DNA of 64,000 nucleotides from Candidatus Binatia bacterium (GTDB lineage: Bacteria; Desulfobacterota; Binatia; UBA9968): positions 3,312 to 67,311 of the forward strand of contig JBHHYU010000004.1 of the NCBI GenBank assembly GCA_046757725.1, read 5' to 3'. Below are positions 59,134 to 64,000 of the stretch, piece after piece (position 1 is the stretch's first letter; each line of letters begins with the position of its first letter). The notes beneath the pieces were generated by a model. It was not told the DNA's origin and searched no databases. It saw only the letters and a program-made list of their open reading frames with translations. Position numbers and translations under genes: made by a program.

Positions 59134-60492
59134 TTGATCTCCGAAAAAGGTTTGATCCGATGCTTAGGTGGGCTTGTCGGCGGTGAACACGTGTTTGCCG
59201 GCGCTAAGGTTCAGGCTTATGCGGTCGATGAGAAGTTTCCGACAGCTGTTGTAACCCCGGGCTCGGTAGAGGAGGTCTCCGCGGTGATGGGGTTTGCGTC
59301 GGGCGAAGGACTGAAGGTCGCTCCTTGGGGAAGTGGAACGAAAATGGCGTTTGGCGGCGTCCCCGAGCGGCTCGATCTCGTCATCAGCCTTTCACGCCTG
59401 ACCGGTGTAGTAGATAACGAGCCGGCGGATATGACCGCTACCTTTCAGGCGGGAACATTGCTGAGGGAGGCCCAGGCGAGGTTAGGTCAAACCGGCCAGT
59501 TTATTGCCCTGGACCCCCCCCATTCACAACTGGCTACGATCGGTGGCATCCTGGCAACCAACTCGAGCGGTCCGCGAAGGCTGCGTTTCGGCTCCTCCCG
59601 AGATCTCTTGATTGCCATCCGCGTCGTTCACGCTGATGGCACGGTAACCAAAGGTGGGGCGAAAGTGGTCAAAAATGTTACGGGTTACGATATCAACAAA
59701 CTCTATCTAGGATCCCTCGGGACCTTGGGGATCATTGTCGAGGCAACCTTCAGACTTTTCCCTGTGCTTGCTGTTGAAAAAACGTTTCTCGCTCCCTTTG
59801 CTTCAGTCGAAGAGGTTGGGGGGGTCGTCGCCAAGATCCTAAACTCGCCGTTGGTCCCATCGGCCATCGAGCTTTTTAATCCAGAGGCTTCGCAACAACT
59901 TTGCGGCGAGACCCGGATACCGTGGCCTGAGGATAATTATGGCCTGGCCGTTGCCATAGGAAGTGTTCGCCGTGAAGCAGTCGATGCTCAGCTTGAGGCG
60001 GCGGGCCGCTATATTGGCGAGGCGGTCAGCCATGACAAGTGCATCTTGGAGGGCGAAACTCATGACGTGTTCTGGCAGCTAACACGTGACTTTGCCATTC
60101 ATAGAAATCTCCAAGCAATCCTTAAGGCAAGCGTCCTTTTCACTAAGGTAGCCGACGCAGTAAAGTTGGGAGACGAGATAGCTAAAAAGCAGGGCATGAG
60201 GATTGGAATTATATCTGAGGCGGGATCGGGAATTATCCGGTACTATCTCTCTGGTAGGAATGTTGCTCCCGAGAAATTCCACCGGGGGGTGGTGGAAGCA
60301 GTGAAGCAGCTTAGACAGTTTGCCGTAGCGGCCGATGGAAGCCTTGTTGTTTTGGAAGCACCGCCCGAAACGAAGCGGGAAGTAGATATCTGGGGGGCCG
60401 TAGGGAATGCCCTTCCTTTAATGAAAGGGCTGAAGGAGCAGTTCGATCCGGAGAGAATCTTAAATCCGGGAAGGTTCGTCGGAGGCATTTAG
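59134..60492 (+). CDS. glcE: Glycolate oxidase FAD-binding subunit
   Basis: GAKVVKNVTGYD, GSLGTLG, FDPERILNPGR. Confidence 0.85.
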   Translation: MISEKGLIRCLGGLVGGEHVFAGAKVQAYAVDEKFPTAVVTPGSVEEVSAVMGFASGEGLKVAPWGSGTKMAFGGVPERLDLVISLSRLTGVVDNEPADMTATFQAGTLLREAQARLGQTGQFIALDPPHSQLATIGGILATNSSGPRRLRFGSSRDLLIAIRVVHADGTVTKGGAKVVKNVTGYDINKLYLGSLGTLGIIVEATFRLFPVLAVEKTFLAPFASVEEVGGVVAKILNSPLVPSAIELFNPEASQQLCGETRIPWPEDNYGLAVAIGSVRREAVDAQLEAAGRYIGEAVSHDKCILEGETHDVFWQLTRDFAIHRNLQAILKASVLFTKVADAVKLGDEIAKKQGMRIGIISEAGSGIIRYYLSGRNVAPEKFHRGVVEAVKQLRQFAVAADGSLVVLEAPPETKREVDIWGAVGNALPLMKGLKEQFDPERILNPGRFVGGI

Positions 60493-60651
60493 CCCAGATC
60501 ATTCACCGTTGTAGGAAATTACGTGAACAAAATTTATCGCGCCAAGGCGCCAAGAGCGCAAAGAAAAAACTTTTTCTATTTCTCCGAACTTGGTGTCCTT
60601 TACCGTAAGCCTAAATCCATTTGAAAATTTCGAATATCTTTGGTTAGTGTT

Positions 60652-61983
60652 ATGAGTTTTCAGACGGAACCGGACAAGATCGTTAGAGGCGCCTTCAATC
60701 GGCTCAATCAGGCGGTTCCCGAACTTTACCTCGATTGTGTCCACTGCGGTTTTTGTCTCCCCACCTGCCCCACCTATGTCATACTCGGCAACGAGATGGA
60801 TAGCCCAAGGGGGAGGATTCACCTTATTCGTTCCGCTTCCGAGGGAAGGATCGGCATCACTGACAACTTTGTTAAGCACATGGATCTTTGCCTTCTCTGT
60901 CGGAACTGTGAAACAGTGTGTCCCTCGGGCGTCAAATTTGGCTTTCTCATGGAGGCGGCCAGAGGCCAAGTCCAGCGGCACTATGAATATTCCCCAGCCG
61001 ATCGGTGGTTCCGAGATTTTATCCTCTATACTTTCACCGACGTCGACCGCTTAAGCGTCATGAGCGGTCTGCTCCGCTTCTACCAGGGGTCTGGTCTCCA
61101 GAAACTGGTCAGAGGCTCAGGGATTCTGACGCTCTTCGGCCGTCTCGGGAAGATGGAGGCTCTCCTGCCGTCCGTTCCTGATCAGCGTCTGCGCAAGGAG
61201 CTGCCTGAGGTGATGCCAGCGAAAGGCAAGAAACGAGGGCGGGCGGGATTCCTTATCGGCTGCGTCCAGCGTTTTTTCTTCCCTCATGTGAATGGCGCGA
61301 CGGCTCGGGTCTTGAGCGAGAACGGTTACGAGGTGGTGATGCCGAAGGGACAAGGGTGCTGCGGCTCTTTTTTTGTGCACGAAGGGGAGAGGGAGCGGGG
61401 TAAGAAGCTAGCGAGGAAGACCATCGACGCGTTTGACCAAGCTGGCGTGGACTTCATTGTGGTCAATGCGGCGGGATGCGGCTCGGTCATGAAGGAGTAC
61501 TGGGAACTGCTCCGTAGTGACCCGGCCTATGGCAAAAAGGCTGAGGCCTTCAGCAAGAAGGTCCGAGATGTTTCACAAGTTCTGGCTGAGGTTCCCTTTG
61601 CAGCTCAGCTAAAGAAGCTCAACCTGGTAGTCACCTATCATGACGCTTGCCATCTCGCCCACGGCCAGAGGATCAGGCACGAACCCAGGGCGATTCTGAA
61701 GGCAATTCCCGGGGTTCGGTTTGTTGAACTTAAAGAATCGGACTTCTGTTGCGGAAGTGCGGGGGTCTACAATCTCCTTCATCCTGACCTGGCACAGCAG
61801 TTTCTGGATCGCAAGATCGAACGAATCAAGGAGACAGGGGCTCAGGTTGTAGTGAGCGGAAACCCAGGCTGCTCCCTTCAAATCGAGAAGGGGTTAAAGG
61901 CACAGGGGCTCAAAATTCGGGTTGTTCATCCCGCCGAGCTCCTGGACTGGTCCTATCGGGGCATGGAGCCCAACGATGTTTAA
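60652..61983 (+). CDS. glcF: Glycolate oxidase Fe-S subunit
   Basis: CVHCGFCLPTCP, CLLCRNCETVCP, two CCG domains. Confidence 0.88.
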   Translation: MSFQTEPDKIVRGAFNRLNQAVPELYLDCVHCGFCLPTCPTYVILGNEMDSPRGRIHLIRSASEGRIGITDNFVKHMDLCLLCRNCETVCPSGVKFGFLMEAARGQVQRHYEYSPADRWFRDFILYTFTDVDRLSVMSGLLRFYQGSGLQKLVRGSGILTLFGRLGKMEALLPSVPDQRLRKELPEVMPAKGKKRGRAGFLIGCVQRFFFPHVNGATARVLSENGYEVVMPKGQGCCGSFFVHEGERERGKKLARKTIDAFDQAGVDFIVVNAAGCGSVMKEYWELLRSDPAYGKKAEAFSKKVRDVSQVLAEVPFAAQLKKLNLVVTYHDACHLAHGQRIRHEPRAILKAIPGVRFVELKESDFCCGSAGVYNLLHPDLAQQFLDRKIERIKETGAQVVVSGNPGCSLQIEKGLKAQGLKIRVVHPAELLDWSYRGMEPNDV

Positions 61984-62254
61984 GGAGATTGATCTCTCTC
62001 GGGCTGTACCCCCAAATGCGGTGGCCGTCAGATTTAGGTACGAGATTACCGGCTCTGACAAGGATGTTTTGCTTGCTGCCAAAGTGGCGGATAATGCCGC
62101 CGGCCACCATCCGACCCTTCTGACCGGAAGATCGGGAGAGATTACCGTTCGCTTTAGGACTGCCCAAAAGCTTTACTACAGTCTTCAAGAGGCAGACCTA
62201 CACCTGAACCTGTGGATCGTTCAGGTTCAAGAGCTCGGAAAACATGCGTGTTAA
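61976..62254 (+). CDS. Hypothetical protein (92 aa)
   Basis: GGAG RBS, overlaps the glcF stop; beta-rich sequence. Confidence 0.5.
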   Translation: MFKEIDLSRAVPPNAVAVRFRYEITGSDKDVLLAAKVADNAAGHHPTLLTGRSGEITVRFRTAQKLYYSLQEADLHLNLWIVQVQELGKHAC

Positions 62255-62309
62255 ATTGTGCCCTTCGGAAAACGGGGAGCTCTATTTTAATACGGCCTGT
62301 TCAAAGACT

Positions 62310-63530
62310 CTAAATAACTTTGGCTTGCCGGAAAGTCGCGATGGCTGCGGCATCATAACCCAGCTCGTTTAAGATTTCCTCGCTGTGCTGTCCGGCGCTG
62401 GGGACCGGGTCCGTGCGTTGGGGCATCTCCGCCAGATTCATGGGGTGGTTGAGCATTTGGAAAGGATGACCGTTGACCTCCACCGCAGACCAGTGGGCTC
62501 TGGCCCGCAGTTGCGGATGGGCAGCCAGCCCGCTGATGTCGTTAACATCGCCCCAGGCGATCTCTGCCGTTTTGAGGCGTTCGATTAGGGTTGAGCGGGT
62601 AAAACCGTTAAAAATTCCTTCGATGATCGGCTCCAGCGTTTCGCGGTGGGCCAACCGCTCCTCGTTACGGGCAAAACGGGAGTCCTTAGCTAGCGCTGGG
62701 TGTTCAAGAACCAGCTCACAGAAGCGCAGCCATTCCCGCTCGTTCTGAATGGCTAGGTTGAGGTACTGGCCATCGCCGCAGCGATAGGGGCCATACGGGA
62801 CAATCAAGCTGTGACGCATGCCGGTTCGGGCCAAGCACTGCCCGGTCCCCAGATAGTAATAAAGTGGTGATCCCATCCATTCGGCAGCCGACTCTAGCAG
62901 GGAGATATCAATGCTAGTCCCTTGACCGGTGTTTCGGCGCCCTACTAAAGCACCTAAAGTGGCCATCGCTGCATACATGCCAGCGGAGATGTCACATAAC
63001 GAAACTCCGACTTTGGCCGGTTCTTGGGGGCTTCCTGTTGCTGCGAGCAGACCGCTTTCCCCCTGCAGGAGCAGGTCATATGCCTTGCGATCCCGATAGG
63101 GTCCGCCATCACCGTAGCCAGAGATGGTGCAGTAGATCAGTCGAGGCCGGTTGGCCTGCACGACCTCCTTAGACAATCCGCCCCGCTGGAGAGCGGCTAG
63201 GGTCAGGTTGGTGATAAAAACGTCGGTGCCGTCCAATAGTTTCTGCAAGATCTCTGTACCAGCAGGCTGTTTGAAATCCAGGGCGAGACTGCGCTTAGCT
63301 CGGTTTAGCCATGTAAAGTAAGAGCTGAGACCGTGCACGCTGCTATCGTAGCGGCGTGCGAAGTCTCCTTCACCGGGTCGCTCAATCTTAATCACATCGG
63401 CGCCCAGGTCAGCCAGATGACGCGAGGCAAGAGGAGCTGCTACAGCTTGCTCCAGGGCAATGACTCTGATGCCGGTTAGGGGGTAGGACTGGGTTTCCTT
63501 TTTCCCTACGGACGCGTGAAAATCTTTCAT
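62310..63530 (-). CDS. CaiB/BaiF family (class III) CoA transferase
   Basis: LADLGADVIKIE, NRAKRS, SGYG..GP. Confidence 0.9.
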   Translation of the reverse strand: MKDFHASVGKKETQSYPLTGIRVIALEQAVAAPLASRHLADLGADVIKIERPGEGDFARRYDSSVHGLSSYFTWLNRAKRSLALDFKQPAGTEILQKLLDGTDVFITNLTLAALQRGGLSKEVVQANRPRLIYCTISGYGDGGPYRDRKAYDLLLQGESGLLAATGSPQEPAKVGVSLCDISAGMYAAMATLGALVGRRNTGQGTSIDISLLESAAEWMGSPLYYYLGTGQCLARTGMRHSLIVPYGPYRCGDGQYLNLAIQNEREWLRFCELVLEHPALAKDSRFARNEERLAHRETLEPIIEGIFNGFTRSTLIERLKTAEIAWGDVNDISGLAAHPQLRARAHWSAVEVNGHPFQMLNHPMNLAEMPQRTDPVPSAGQHSEEILNELGYDAAAIATFRQAKVI

Positions 63531-63697
63531 GTCTTCCCCTTCACGGTACCCGGGCAACTGAAACCTCGTTCTCTGTTAAAACAGCGAGGCCTAAAAGCCG
63601 TGGACCCGTATAGCCATTATATACTAGAATTCTACCTGGTTGTGCTAATGGAAACGATGCTGGTAAGGCGGTATTTTATAAGGGGAGGGTTCCCTCC

Positions 63698-64000
63698 ATG
63701 TTTGAACGTTCTCTCACGGAACGTGTGTCGAGCTGGCTCATAGGGTGGCGCGATGCGGGGTTACCGGTTGATGTATTAGAGGTTGCTCGAGTGTATATGC
63801 TCGATTGGTTGGGGTCGGCACTGGCCGGCTTAGCCACGGTGCCGGGTGCCAAGCTGCGCGATTACGGACGAGTACAACCACCCGGGCAGGCCACGCTGGT
63901 TGGGCTTGAGCTGGGTCGTTCAGCAGAGGTCGCGGCACTCGTGAACGGAGGACTTTCCCACATCGTGGAGATGGACGACCTGGACAATGGGTCTGTGCTG
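63698..64000 (+). CDS. MmgE/PrpD family protein, 3' truncated by window edge
   Basis: Hand translation (not in the ORF track): LDWLGSALAG..AALVNGGLSHIVEMDD. Confidence 0.8.
   Translation, partial: MFERSLTERVSSWLIGWRDAGLPVDVLEVARVYMLDWLGSALAGLATVPGAKLRDYGRVQPPGQATLVGLELGRSAEVAALVNGGLSHIVEMDDLDNGSVL

Noticed and set aside
1-64000. CRISPR array, tRNA, rRNA, integron attC array
   Set aside because: No regularly spaced repeats or recognisable RNA gene signatures found by eye; a computational scan could still find missed ones

Overview
64-kb bacterial chromosomal window. Gene content (UPF0182, FDH1-type formate dehydrogenase, glcDEF, TRAP transporter, UbiD, probable Sec recoding) suggests an environmental diderm such as a deltaproteobacteria-like lineage; this is inference only. 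About 2.0-15.3 kb is a defence island built on a type I restriction-modification locus: hsdR, an internally deleted and frameshifted hsdS, an 832-aa PD-(D/E)xK nuclease-P-loop NTPase, a chimeric hsdM'::'hsdS scar carrying small palindromic insertions, an AbiEi/AbiEii-WYL pair, hsdM, a degenerate sigma54 activator, a GIY-YIG-RAMA nuclease and a zeta-like pair. The scar suggests that defence cassettes are stacked in tandem between hsdS and hsdM. The rest of the window is mostly metabolic. It includes an OsmC-like gene split by an in-frame UGA at the conserved Cys position (probable selenoprotein), an adenylation enzyme-ACP-MBOAT-LtaS-like cluster, a Tat-exported molybdoenzyme with a cytochrome b partner, a sigma54-driven Zn-finger microprotein and a candidate structured RNA. 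All calls come from reading motifs by eye; no database searches were run.
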